NCBI GenBank assembly: GCA_964449995.1
Contig: CAYVBW010000003.1
Coordinates: 1 to 46,189, forward strand
DNA: 46,189 nt
DNA from: an uncultured Pseudomonadales bacterium
GTDB taxonomy: Bacteria > Patescibacteriota > Microgenomatia > UBA1400 > PJMF01
Reading direction: 5' to 3'
Under the pieces are notes generated by a model. It saw nothing but the letters and a program-made list of their open reading frames with translations. It did not search any database and was not told the DNA's origin. Below, piece after piece: positions 18,256 through 27,865 of the stretch. The stretch's first letter is position 1, and each line of letters begins with the position of its first letter. Made by a program: the position numbers and the translations under genes.

Positions 18256-19167
18256 TTACTCTAAAAGCCAATAATACTGACCATTGGTAACTAGATGGAG
18301 AAATCCAAGCTCGTCGGTACGCCAAACTTGCGAGAAGTTTTCTTGCAAAGTCTGGATTACCTCAAGAGCAGGGTGGCCAAATTTATTATTTAAGCCACAA
18401 CTGATGACAGAAAATTCGGGTTGTGTAGTTTTTATAAAAAGCTCACTAGTACTGGTTTTAGAGCCATGATGCCCTATTTTTACTCCCTCTACTCTACCTA
18501 TCAAACCTCTATCAATTAGTGCCAATTCATTTTTAATAGTAGCATCTGCCATCAATAAAAGTTCGAATTCAAAATAACGCAATAATAGAACGATAGACCG
18601 CTCATTCAAATCTCCATCATAAGCAAAATCTGCTCGTTTTACATCCGATAACATTGTTTCGGAAAACTCCATTATCCCTGCATTCATTGCATTAATTGGA
18701 CTGTCAAAAGGTGACAAAACTAACAACTCTCCAGCAGGGGAAAAACTAATTTTACGGCCCAAAATACCATTACGAAACATAGCTTGCGATGATTGAGTTG
18801 TTTTTATTGTTAAAAGCAGGTTTTTGAACTCCTCAGTGTCTGCTACATCAGTTAAAATCAAATCTTTGACTTGATAATTCTCTAATACATCTGGCAAGCC
18901 TCCAAAATGGTCAGAGTGCGGATGGGTTATTGCAACCGCTTCTAACTGCTTATCCCAAAACGGCAGATGGTCATTGAGGCAATCTAGTCCTGAATCATTG
19001 TAGCCAGTATCAATCAACATTTGCCAAAATCCATACTTGAGCAAAATCGCATCTCCCTGACCAACATCACAAAATATTATATGAAGATTTTTATCTGGCC
19101 AATCTTGAATAACTCTGACAACTAAACCGAGAGCAACAATCATACAAAAAGTGGTAATTATTTTCAT
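18256..19167 (-). CDS. ComEC/Rec2-type metallo-beta-lactamase domain protein (stand-alone)
   Basis: N-terminal TM; DVGQGDA, THPHSDHFGG, NERSIV, GHHGSKTS, N.FGHP, RTD motifs. Start taken at the first ATG (the track gives 19206). Confidence 0.9.
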   Translation of the reverse strand: MKIITTFCMIVALGLVVRVIQDWPDKNLHIIFCDVGQGDAILLKYGFWQMLIDTGYNDSGLDCLNDHLPFWDKQLEAVAITHPHSDHFGGLPDVLENYQVKDLILTDVADTEEFKNLLLTIKTTQSSQAMFRNGILGRKISFSPAGELLVLSPFDSPINAMNAGIMEFSETMLSDVKRADFAYDGDLNERSIVLLLRYFEFELLLMADATIKNELALIDRGLIGRVEGVKIGHHGSKTSTSELFIKTTQPEFSVISCGLNNKFGHPALEVIQTLQENFSQVWRTDELGFLHLVTNGQYYWLLE

Positions 19168-19235
19168 AAAAAATACTTTTACCAGATATAATTTTTGAAA
19201 AACCAAGTAAAATCCTTATTGCCAGCCCACATCAA

Positions 19236-20354
19236 TTAGCACTTAGCATTAGCAAAAATTTTTATGTTTAAATGATCTATTTTCTGCCGGCTGCGCCTTT
19301 GTTGGATCCACCAACTTAGCATCCCCCAGCCCAAGAACCACAACCAAATCGATATCTGACTAAATTCAGAAATCTTAAGAGTCCCTGTTTCAAATCTAGC
19401 TAAAAAATGACTTAATTCAAGAAAAATTCTCAGAGGAAAAGTTAGAGTTAAACCAATAATCCTGGCGATAAGAGTAATATCAAAAATTTGAACCACAACA
19501 CTTGCCAATGCGCAACAACCAAACCAGATCAATCCCAGAGTGACCAACAATGGCAACAGGCCAGCTAAAAAAGTATTTGTAAAAATTGACAACCAGCCAA
19601 TTTCTCCCCAAGTAGAGCCAATTAAAGGCAGCAATGCTAGTTGAACAGAAAAAAATATAGAAAAATTTTGATAAAAATAACGGACAACAGAACGAATTAA
19701 TGTTTTAAAAGACGACCAAACACCCCAAGTTTCTCTTGCTATATGCCTACCTAAAAAAAGCTTTTTTTCCAGTCCAAAAAATAAGGGATTTAAGATAATA
19801 ATACCAGCCGTAGCTGCCACTGAAAATTGCAAAGATAAAGAGGAAGCTAAGCTAAAATCCAACAACAGAATGATAGCAACTGTAAAAACCAAAGACCAAA
19901 GCGGAGGCAACTGCCTAAATAATAACTTTCTAATTAACAAAGATAATACGCTCATAAACACCGCTCGCTGCATTGAAGGTCCTTGTCCGCTAATCATCCA
20001 GAAGAAACAGGTACCCAATAGCAGTAAAAACGTCTTTAAATAAGCGCTACAGTAGGTAACAGTATTTAAAATTAGTTTAATTGAAGAGATAAAAATAGCT
20101 ACATTAAAACCTGACGCTGACCATATATGTAACATCCCCATAACTTTAAAACTATGATATAAACTGGAGTTAAGAGATTTTTGAGCCCCAAAAACCAGGC
20201 CAAACATTGCTTCTGTTAACTGTGCCCCAATAAATGCTTGGCTTAAGTTAAAGATATTATCTTTAAAAAGCAGAATTTGCGCTTGAAAAAAACTCCACCA
20301 ATCAAAAAACGAATCAAAGACTAATTGTGAAATAAGAAAGAATTGATTAATCAT
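19236..20354 (-). CDS. comEC: ComEC competence membrane domain
   Basis: GMLHIWSASGFNV, PSMQRAVFM, SLSLQFSVAATAGI motifs; multiple TMs; lies between comEA and the MBL gene. Confidence 0.85.
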   Translation of the reverse strand: MINQFFLISQLVFDSFFDWWSFFQAQILLFKDNIFNLSQAFIGAQLTEAMFGLVFGAQKSLNSSLYHSFKVMGMLHIWSASGFNVAIFISSIKLILNTVTYCSAYLKTFLLLLGTCFFWMISGQGPSMQRAVFMSVLSLLIRKLLFRQLPPLWSLVFTVAIILLLDFSLASSLSLQFSVAATAGIIILNPLFFGLEKKLFLGRHIARETWGVWSSFKTLIRSVVRYFYQNFSIFFSVQLALLPLIGSTWGEIGWLSIFTNTFLAGLLPLLVTLGLIWFGCCALASVVVQIFDITLIARIIGLTLTFPLRIFLELSHFLARFETGTLKISEFSQISIWLWFLGWGMLSWWIQQRRSRQKIDHLNIKIFANAKC

Positions 20355-20869
20355 TAAAATTTAACTAATTTTATTGCTGGCAAACACATCTAATCGTTTG
20401 CCAATCAAGCCTTGTTAATAGTGCTTTCTAACTCAAAACTGCTAATGAAAAACCCAAATTTTTAAAAATAATCTGATCTAGAACAGTTTAACTGCAGAAT
20501 TAGCAAGAAATCTTAGAAATATTTGTCAATTTGTTAAAAATATTAACTGAAAACCTTCTGATTTTGGGTTTTTAATATTAATTGTAAAATTTGCAACATT
20601 ATTAATATATCAATTCATTGATTAATAAACTTTAATCAATAAATGCAATAATTATTTGGACTTAAAAATTCTATACCCGAATAGTTAACTTTTGATATAT
20701 TTTATACTCTTTAGATACCCACCCCACCCATTAACACAGCTTATTATTTTCTTTTTGTACAACTTTATTACTCTCAATTTAAAATTCTATCTTTTTTAAA
20801 ATCCTATAGTTAAGTCCTCTATTTTTATAAGCGTCTTTTTTTACTAATTTTCTTTGTTTAATTTACTTA

Positions 20870-21919
20870 TCACAAGCAAACAAATGGTTCTAATTTTTCT
20901 AATGTTGCTTGACCGATACCTTTAACATCTAATAACTCAGTTATGTGTAAATACGGCCGATTTTCTATAATTAAGACTGCTGTCGCTGGACCAATGCCAG
21001 TTAATGTTTGTAGTTCCTCACTACTAGCCAGATTTACAGAGATACAATCAGCTAGCGTTTCAGCCTGTTCTACATCGGCATCAGTATCTTCGTGGTAATA
21101 ATCTAATCCCTGTTGGCCTGCCTCATCAGCTTGGCTGCCTTGTGTTTGTGATGCCCCAGACTGACCGTCATCATTGACACTCCCACCTGAATTAGTTTGA
21201 GAAACCACAGTGCTTGTGTTTAATTGCTGGCTGGCAAGTTGACAATACTCTGCTAGCCATTCTTGAAGCTCTAACTCCTGCTTAAAGGGGATGTAAATCC
21301 TCTGCTCGTCTTTTAGTCGAGAAGCCAAATTAAACTGCCTGACTAAATATTGCTGATCCGCATCTGCAGTTAAACCACCAGCCAGCTCTATTAGATCACC
21401 GATTCTGTGCAAAGAACTAATCTGGTAAACTCCAGGACTTTCAACCGCTCCCACAATTTGCACAATTATTTTTCCAAAAGATTGAGAATTAAAAGCTGAT
21501 AAACTTGATTTAACCCCCTGAAAATCAACTGAATTTGTGCTAGAGTTAACTAAACCCAATTGAGCCTTACCAAACCCCTCTGATTCTTCTTCTAAAGACG
21601 CAAGCTCATCTGCAACCTGGACCAACTCTTCTTCAAACAACTGCCGTTGCTCATCTACTAGATAAACACACTCTGGTATTTGTGTTTCCTCAAGTAAATT
21701 CCATAAAGCCCAGCCAATGGAGCTCATGCCCATTATAAAAAGAGCCACCGAGGCTGTAATACGCCAAATTTGCTTGTGATTCTTGCTACTAATCGGCAGG
21801 GTTAAGTTAGAAAATTTTGGAAGATTTGGCTGTTTTGATATATCATCAGGTGGTGAATGATCGCCCTTGACCCCACCCCGCTTTTTAAATAAATGAATTT
21901 TTGGTAGTTTAAAAGACAT
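20870..21919 (-). CDS. comEA: ComEA family DNA receptor (TM-SLBB-HhH)
   Basis: GAVESPGVY...AGG...NLASRLKDEQRIYIP; ISVNLASSEELQTLTGIGPATA...VKGIG. Confidence 0.92.
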   Translation of the reverse strand: MSFKLPKIHLFKKRGGVKGDHSPPDDISKQPNLPKFSNLTLPISSKNHKQIWRITASVALFIMGMSSIGWALWNLLEETQIPECVYLVDEQRQLFEEELVQVADELASLEEESEGFGKAQLGLVNSSTNSVDFQGVKSSLSAFNSQSFGKIIVQIVGAVESPGVYQISSLHRIGDLIELAGGLTADADQQYLVRQFNLASRLKDEQRIYIPFKQELELQEWLAEYCQLASQQLNTSTVVSQTNSGGSVNDDGQSGASQTQGSQADEAGQQGLDYYHEDTDADVEQAETLADCISVNLASSEELQTLTGIGPATAVLIIENRPYLHITELLDVKGIGQATLEKLEPFVCL

Positions 21920-22076
21920 GAAGCCAGTTTGGCTACCAAGCCTGACAACAAACTTACATTTTTAAAGGAAGTTGTTTAAGAGATAGATTTGAAGAAGATT
22001 GTTTAATAAAAAGATTATTTGAAGATTTAAAAAAATTGTCAAAAAAAACTAAATCTATGCTACTGCTACCAAAAAG

Positions 22077-24731
22077 CTATACTACCAGATTAACAATCTT
22101 ACCCGGTACATAAATTTCTTTTTTAGCTGGAAGCTCGCCACCCTCTTCATTTCTTAGCCACTTTTTAACAGGCTCTAATTGTTTAGCCATTTGCACCACC
22201 TCTTCTTGAGTTAAGTCATCCAACCGTTCACTTTCTATTAATAGTTCTCCTCGCAACTTGCCATTAACTTGAACTGGAATGGTTGTGACATCTGCTAAAG
22301 CCAGCTGTTCATTAAACTCTGGCCAAGACTGCTGGTGCACACTCCAAAAATCATCTAGCGTTTGATCTTGACGAATCAAATTCCATAGCTCTTCAGCTAA
22401 AAATGGTGCCAGAGGAGCTATCAACTTAATCAAATCGTACAAATCCTGACTAGTCAATAAACTGGAACCTAACTCACCCTCCTGCTCTGACCGAATGCTT
22501 TTCCAGTCATTGGAGAACTCCATCAAGGCTGCAATGGCTGTGTTAAATTTATATTCTGATAAATCACTGCCAACTTTTTTAATCACAGCGTGTAATTTTT
22601 GTTCTAGCTGAGGATTACTCTGCTGAGGTTTTTTTAATTGACTAGCTTCAGCTACCAAATCGTACAATTTGTTTAAAAATCTAAAAACTCCCTGTACCGC
22701 CCGATCATCCCAAGGCTTATCAGCTTCCAGAGGACCAATAAACATTTCATAAATTCTAAGAGTATCTGCTCCATAGCGCTCAATAATCTTATCCGGATTA
22801 ATTACGTTGCCCCGGCTTTTACTCATCTTCTTATGATCTGGACCTAAAATCATGCCCTGGTGGCGCATCTTGGCAAATGGCTCGCCATTAGCTAGCTCTA
22901 AATAACCCTGATCCCTTAAAAATTTAGTAAAAAATCTAGAATACAATAAATGCAACACAATATGCTCCGGGCCAATTAAGTAAAAATCAACCGGCATATA
23001 TTGATCTAAGCGCTCCTTATCTGCAAACTTCTCTTGATTACGAGCATCTAAAAATCTTAAATAATACCAAGAGGAGTCTACAAAAGTATCCATGGTATCA
23101 AACTCTGGAATCCATCCTTCCCCGTCCTCAGCCCAACCTTTTTCTTGAATTAAATCCGCAAACTCACGAGCAGCGTATTCTTGAGTTCTTTGCAAAAATT
23201 CCTGAGAAGATTTAAGCGGAGACTCGCCCGTGGGTTTAAAATCAACATCGGTTGGTAGCAACCACGGCAAGTCTTTATCTTTAACTAAATGAGGCTTGCC
23301 ATCTGGATCATAAATAATGGGAATTGGAGCTCCCCAATAGCGCTGGCGGGAAATCAACCAATCTCGCAATCTATAGTTAGTAGTTTTGGTAATTTCTGAA
23401 AAATCCTGAATTAATTTCTGGCTGCCCTCCAAACTAGTTAAACCACTATAATTCTTTCCCCCTGCTTTAGAGGCATCAGAGTTTATCATCACGCCATATT
23501 CAGAGGTGCAGACTTGAGGATGCTGATGATCGAATTCCTGCTCTTTGCCATCTACAACAATCTTATTGCCAACAGGAGCAATAACCGGCCTAATCTCTAA
23601 ATTATGCTTAAGAGCAAACTGCCAATCACGCTCATCATGGGCTGGCACACCCATTACCATACCTGTGCCAACATGCCCCAACACATAATCACCTACAAAA
23701 ATAGGCACTTCCTCTTGATTAACAGGATTAATAGCCGTCAACCCTGTCATAACACCTGTCTTTTCTTTTTCACCAATTTTACGCTCCTCTTCTGTCTTCT
23801 TGAATGCTTCATCTAAATAACTGTTAACCGCAGCCTGATGATCAGTCGGCACATGCTGCATCAACTTTAATTCTTTAAATTTTTCTGGAGAAACAACCAA
23901 AAAAGTCACACCAAAAATAGTATCAATACGAGTAGTAAAACAAGTTAAGTCATGCTGATTTTGTGCCAATTTAAAAGTAACCTCTGCCCCCTCGCTTTTG
24001 CCAATCCAGTTTAGCTGTTGCTGCTTGGTAGCCTGTGGCCAATCAACCTCATCTAATCCAGTAATTAACTCGTCTTTATAAGCAGTTATCTTAAAATACC
24101 ATTGATCTAACTCTTTTTGCACCACCTCACTCTCGCAACGCTCACATAAACCCTCAATCACTTGCTCATTTGCCAACACCGTCTGGCAGGAAGAACACCA
24201 ATTAACCATACCGACATCTTTATAAGCCAGTTTTTTTTGATACAACTGAGCAAACAGCCATTGAGTCCACTGATAATATTGCGGATGACAGGTAGCTATT
24301 TCGCTAGCCCAGTCATAACTAATACCCAATCTTTTTATTTGACGCCGAAAAGTGTTGATCGCATCTTTGGTGGTCTTAGCAGGAGCCACCCCGGTTTGAA
24401 TAGCATAATTTTCAGCTGGCAAACCAAAAGCATCCCAGCCTACTGGAAAAAAAACATCCTTGCCCTGCATTCGATAAAATCTGGCCAAAATATCTAAGGC
24501 TGTTTTCGACTCTACATGACCGACATGTAAACCACTCCCTGAGGGATAGGCAAAGGCAAATAATAAATAAAAAGGATCGAGCGATTCACCCTGAGCTTGT
24601 TTGCCTTGGAACTTATTAATTGAATCTTGAAATAAACCAGACTGTTCCCATTTCTTTTGCCACTTAGGCTCTGATTCCTGGTGATCATAGCTGGCTTGAG
24701 TTGATTGGTGCTGAAACTGTTTATCTAACAT
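22077..24731 (-). CDS. leuS: Leucine--tRNA ligase
   Basis: YPSGSGLHVGH, GWDAFGLPAEN, TTRIDT (CP1), LRDWLISRQRYWG, KMSKS, QVNGKLR motifs. Confidence 0.98.
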   Translation of the reverse strand: MLDKQFQHQSTQASYDHQESEPKWQKKWEQSGLFQDSINKFQGKQAQGESLDPFYLLFAFAYPSGSGLHVGHVESKTALDILARFYRMQGKDVFFPVGWDAFGLPAENYAIQTGVAPAKTTKDAINTFRRQIKRLGISYDWASEIATCHPQYYQWTQWLFAQLYQKKLAYKDVGMVNWCSSCQTVLANEQVIEGLCERCESEVVQKELDQWYFKITAYKDELITGLDEVDWPQATKQQQLNWIGKSEGAEVTFKLAQNQHDLTCFTTRIDTIFGVTFLVVSPEKFKELKLMQHVPTDHQAAVNSYLDEAFKKTEEERKIGEKEKTGVMTGLTAINPVNQEEVPIFVGDYVLGHVGTGMVMGVPAHDERDWQFALKHNLEIRPVIAPVGNKIVVDGKEQEFDHQHPQVCTSEYGVMINSDASKAGGKNYSGLTSLEGSQKLIQDFSEITKTTNYRLRDWLISRQRYWGAPIPIIYDPDGKPHLVKDKDLPWLLPTDVDFKPTGESPLKSSQEFLQRTQEYAAREFADLIQEKGWAEDGEGWIPEFDTMDTFVDSSWYYLRFLDARNQEKFADKERLDQYMPVDFYLIGPEHIVLHLLYSRFFTKFLRDQGYLELANGEPFAKMRHQGMILGPDHKKMSKSRGNVINPDKIIERYGADTLRIYEMFIGPLEADKPWDDRAVQGVFRFLNKLYDLVAEASQLKKPQQSNPQLEQKLHAVIKKVGSDLSEYKFNTAIAALMEFSNDWKSIRSEQEGELGSSLLTSQDLYDLIKLIAPLAPFLAEELWNLIRQDQTLDDFWSVHQQSWPEFNEQLALADVTTIPVQVNGKLRGELLIESERLDDLTQEEVVQMAKQLEPVKKWLRNEEGGELPAKKEIYVPGKIVNLVV

Positions 24732-24754
24732 AGTGGATAGTATATTATAGTATA

Positions 24755-24833
24755 TGGTATTTGGTATGCGGTGTTTGTGGTATTTGGTATTTAGTATTTG
24801 GTATGTGGTATACGAGATACTCAGTTTTTAAAA
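24755..24833 (+). repeat. Heptamer-array element, copy 8 (central core missing)
   Basis: About 8 TGGTAT(T/G)-like units joined to ...ATACTCAGTTTTTAAA, in the divergent leuS intergenic region. Confidence 0.88.
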
Positions 24834-24905
24834 TTACAAGTAGCAATATAATAACTCAAATAACCCAACGCCTACCAGAACTCTGCACCAATCAAAAATA
24901 AAACT

Positions 24906-25697
24906 ATGACTGCCCAAACTAAAAAAACCCTGGCCCAAACCATTGCTCTTGGTACCAGCATTATTTTGGCTTACATTTGGCTGCATATTCCTGCACTGGC
25001 GCAATATTCTCTGCAAGCTTTTGCAGTATGTATTTTACTCTACTTTATTCTCAAAAAACTTAACGATGCTGCTGTGTGGCAGGTTTTGCCAACCACGGCC
25101 GTGGATGAAATGATGCTGGTCACGTTTGCTTTTTTAATCTTAATCGGTGCTACTGGAGGCACCACCTCGGTTTTCTTTTCCTTAATCTTTGTTTATTTAT
25201 TTTTTGTGTCCATGACCATGCTGCGCTGGACCTCGATTATCATTACACTCACCACTACTCTGTTCTTTTATGCCCTAAACCCTAATTTAACACAAAACCT
25301 CAACCTGTCTCATTTGGCAGGCATTCCTTTGGTGATGGTGTTTTTCATGTTTGCCAAACATCAATATGAACAGGTTAAGCAAAAACAAACTGTAATAGAA
25401 ATCGAAAATAACAAGATCAGCAGTTATCAAATTTATCTTGAGGAAAAAGAGCATGAACTTAAAAAATCTGAAGATAACACTTGGGATTGGTTATATTTTT
25501 TTGAGAGTTTTATTTTTGGGTTTATTCAGCCTAAGCTAGAACAAATTATTGAAATGGCAGAGTTTGAACAAAACCTTGATGCTGTAAAAGGACAACTGGC
25601 TCTTATCAGACTAGAATTAGAAAAACTTAAAGTAAAAATCAAGCAACAGCAAGATGACAACTCCAAACCTAATGAAACCACTGACAAAAACAGCTAA
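24906..25697 (+). CDS. Multi-pass membrane protein with a C-terminal coiled coil
   Basis: 5-6 hydrophobic segments, an ATGG..S motif and a charged helical tail. Confidence 0.8.
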   Translation: MTAQTKKTLAQTIALGTSIILAYIWLHIPALAQYSLQAFAVCILLYFILKKLNDAAVWQVLPTTAVDEMMLVTFAFLILIGATGGTTSVFFSLIFVYLFFVSMTMLRWTSIIITLTTTLFFYALNPNLTQNLNLSHLAGIPLVMVFFMFAKHQYEQVKQKQTVIEIENNKISSYQIYLEEKEHELKKSEDNTWDWLYFFESFIFGFIQPKLEQIIEMAEFEQNLDAVKGQLALIRLELEKLKVKIKQQQDDNSKPNETTDKNS

Positions 25698-25702
25698 AAA
25701 CT

Positions 25703-26542
25703 ATGACTCAGTTAATTGATTTTTTGCTCCAAACAATAGATAAAAAAATAATAAACAAAACCCGATTTGTTATTATATTTTTTTGCTTGGCAATATTTGT
25801 TAGCCTCATTGCACTTTTCCGTCCACAGCTGATCAAGGCGGAGCGACTTACTTCTGATTCATACATTATTCAGTTTGCTAACTTTAATATGGGTGCGGGC
25901 AAGTTTGACCCAGGAACGCTTTACAATGTTAGTTATACTCTAGGTCAAACAGCTGCTGGACCCTATGGCAAATTTGGTGAAGGAGAAGAAAGCTACTACT
26001 TTATTGGAGCCGGCTTTCAATATATTTATCAAATTGGAGAGTTTAAATTTACCATTTCTGATATTGATATCGATCTGGGAACTCTTACTCCAGGAGCTCA
26101 TAATACTGGCAATAATACTCTAACTATCAGCACCAGAGGAGCAGGTGGCTACACTATATACACATACGAACAACATCCCCTCACCCACCGTGGCGGATTG
26201 GATTTCATTCCCGATACAGAGTGTGACGTAGGCTACACCTGCGACCCTGAAAATGCTAAACCCTGGTTAATGGAAAATGTAGAGGGTTTTGGTTTTAATG
26301 CTGCTGGTGACAGTGTGGCTGAAGATTTTACTAGTGCCAACCCTGTTTGTATTACCGATACCGAATGTTTTAGACCTTTTGCTGATGTTAGCGGTGGCGG
26401 AGTGATGAAACCAATCATGGGTTCTGATAACATTGCCCGAGCCGAACAAGCCACCATTACTTATAAAGCTGGAATCAGTGGTGCGCAGGCTGCTGGTCAT
26501 TATGAAACCAGCATCATCTTTGTGGCGGTGCCGGGGTATTAG
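25703..26542 (+). CDS. Secreted beta-rich protein with a WxL-like C-terminal domain
   Basis: Signal peptide; C-terminus ITYKAGISGAQAAGHYETSIIFVAVPGY; similar to the C-terminal domain of 27866..29323. Confidence 0.7.
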   Translation: MTQLIDFLLQTIDKKIINKTRFVIIFFCLAIFVSLIALFRPQLIKAERLTSDSYIIQFANFNMGAGKFDPGTLYNVSYTLGQTAAGPYGKFGEGEESYYFIGAGFQYIYQIGEFKFTISDIDIDLGTLTPGAHNTGNNTLTISTRGAGGYTIYTYEQHPLTHRGGLDFIPDTECDVGYTCDPENAKPWLMENVEGFGFNAAGDSVAEDFTSANPVCITDTECFRPFADVSGGGVMKPIMGSDNIARAEQATITYKAGISGAQAAGHYETSIIFVAVPGY

Positions 26543-26548
26543 GGTACC

Positions 26549-26618
26549 GTGGTATTTGGTATTTGGTATTTGGTATTTGGTATGGCCCGGTGGTGATACC
26601 AAGTGCTCAATTTTAAAA
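26549..26618 (+). repeat. Heptamer-array element, copy 9
   Basis: 5 TGGTATT units + GGCCCGGTGGTGATACCAAGTGCTCAATTTTAAAA. Confidence 0.9.
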
Positions 26619-26631
26619 GTGAATAACAAAC

Positions 26632-27651
26632 ATGTCTAATATAAAAAGAATCATCAAGATAAGCCTTATCTTAGCACTGCTGGTTTTCATAAGCAGTTTG
26701 TTGAATACAGTTAGAGCCCAAACTATAGATGCTCCTAATGAGGATTTTTCTATCTCGGTACATCCTCCTGTGTCATACGTTTATGTTAAGCCTTCAGAAA
26801 AACTGCGTCATACTTTAATAGTCAAAAACACAGGCCGAAGACCGCTAAGCATCTCCACAAATGTCACAGACTTTAAACCTGACGGCAAAACTGGACAACC
26901 AGTGATTCAGCCAGGAAGAATTTTTAATAAAGAAGCCAATCCTGACTTATCTTTTGGAGAACCTTTCACTCTTCAGCCAGGACGCAGTCACAGCGTGAAT
27001 CTGCAGTTTGATGTCGCCGAAGTGGTGCAAGAAAAAGAATATCCTCTGGCTATTCTAATCAATGCCCACAGTCTAAGCCCAAAATCTAGTGATCAAGATG
27101 GAAGAATCCAAAACGCCACTAAAGCGCAAGTTGCCGGAACCGTAGTTAGTAACTTAATCGTTTATATTGGTCACGACGAAGACAACCAAGGAAAAATAGA
27201 AATTGCACAATTGAACCTACCCCTCCTGATTGATAGTTTTAGCGGAATTAGTTTTGATATTTTGGCACAAAACTCCGGCTCTACTGCTACCCTGATTCAA
27301 GGAAAGGCCGTAATTGAAAATATTTTTCAACAAACTATAAGTGAGTATATTTTTTACCCTGATTTTGTGCTAGCTGAGTCAACTCGCATGGTAAGAGGGG
27401 TTGAGTTTTCGCCTGACCTCCTCGATAATGACGGCTTATTAGATCCAAAAAAAGTGGATAATCTTTTTACTCGATTTGTTTACAAACCACCAATTTTAAT
27501 TGGTGTTTACAATGTTCATTTAGAACTTTCTGGCTTGCAACAAACTGAAACTGTTATTGCGCTACCTTTTTCAATCATAGCCGCTGTTGGTGTAGGGTTT
27601 TTGCTATACTGGAGTCATAAACAAGTTTTAAAAGCAACGAAGAACAACTGA
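26632..27651 (+). CDS. Secreted two-Ig-domain protein with a C-terminal TM (DUF916/DUF3324-like)
   Basis: Signal peptide; ISVHPP...V.NTG...DF...FTLQPG...V...Y pattern; second domain N.G; C-terminal hydrophobic anchor with a basic tail. Confidence 0.65.
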   Translation: MSNIKRIIKISLILALLVFISSLLNTVRAQTIDAPNEDFSISVHPPVSYVYVKPSEKLRHTLIVKNTGRRPLSISTNVTDFKPDGKTGQPVIQPGRIFNKEANPDLSFGEPFTLQPGRSHSVNLQFDVAEVVQEKEYPLAILINAHSLSPKSSDQDGRIQNATKAQVAGTVVSNLIVYIGHDEDNQGKIEIAQLNLPLLIDSFSGISFDILAQNSGSTATLIQGKAVIENIFQQTISEYIFYPDFVLAESTRMVRGVEFSPDLLDNDGLLDPKKVDNLFTRFVYKPPILIGVYNVHLELSGLQQTETVIALPFSIIAAVGVGFLLYWSHKQVLKATKNN

Positions 27652-27720
27652 TTGTTTATTTTTGTTTAAGCTAAAAAAGCTAAAACTTTAACAAACTTTT
27701 TCAAAAGTTAAATAAGGGGG

Positions 27721-27750
27721 TTGACCTAAATCTTTACTAAGTTTTAAAAT
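27721..27750 (+). promoter_or_regulatory. Putative promoter of 27866
   Basis: TTGACC-N18-TAAAAT. Confidence 0.4.
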
Positions 27751-27865
27751 CAACTCAGTATTGCTTTTAAGCAAATATCTTATTATGCTAGATACTAGAG
27801 TTAAAATTTAGAAAAAATAACTTATCCAATTACTAATATTACTAACATTTATTAAAATTTTCCCT

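Noticed and set aside
26267-26639. ORFs 26433..26639 and 26267..26629 (also 32456..32719, 32487..32795, 44579..44794)
   Set aside because: WYLVFGI/TKYQIPN peptides are translations of the heptamer array and overlap real genes.
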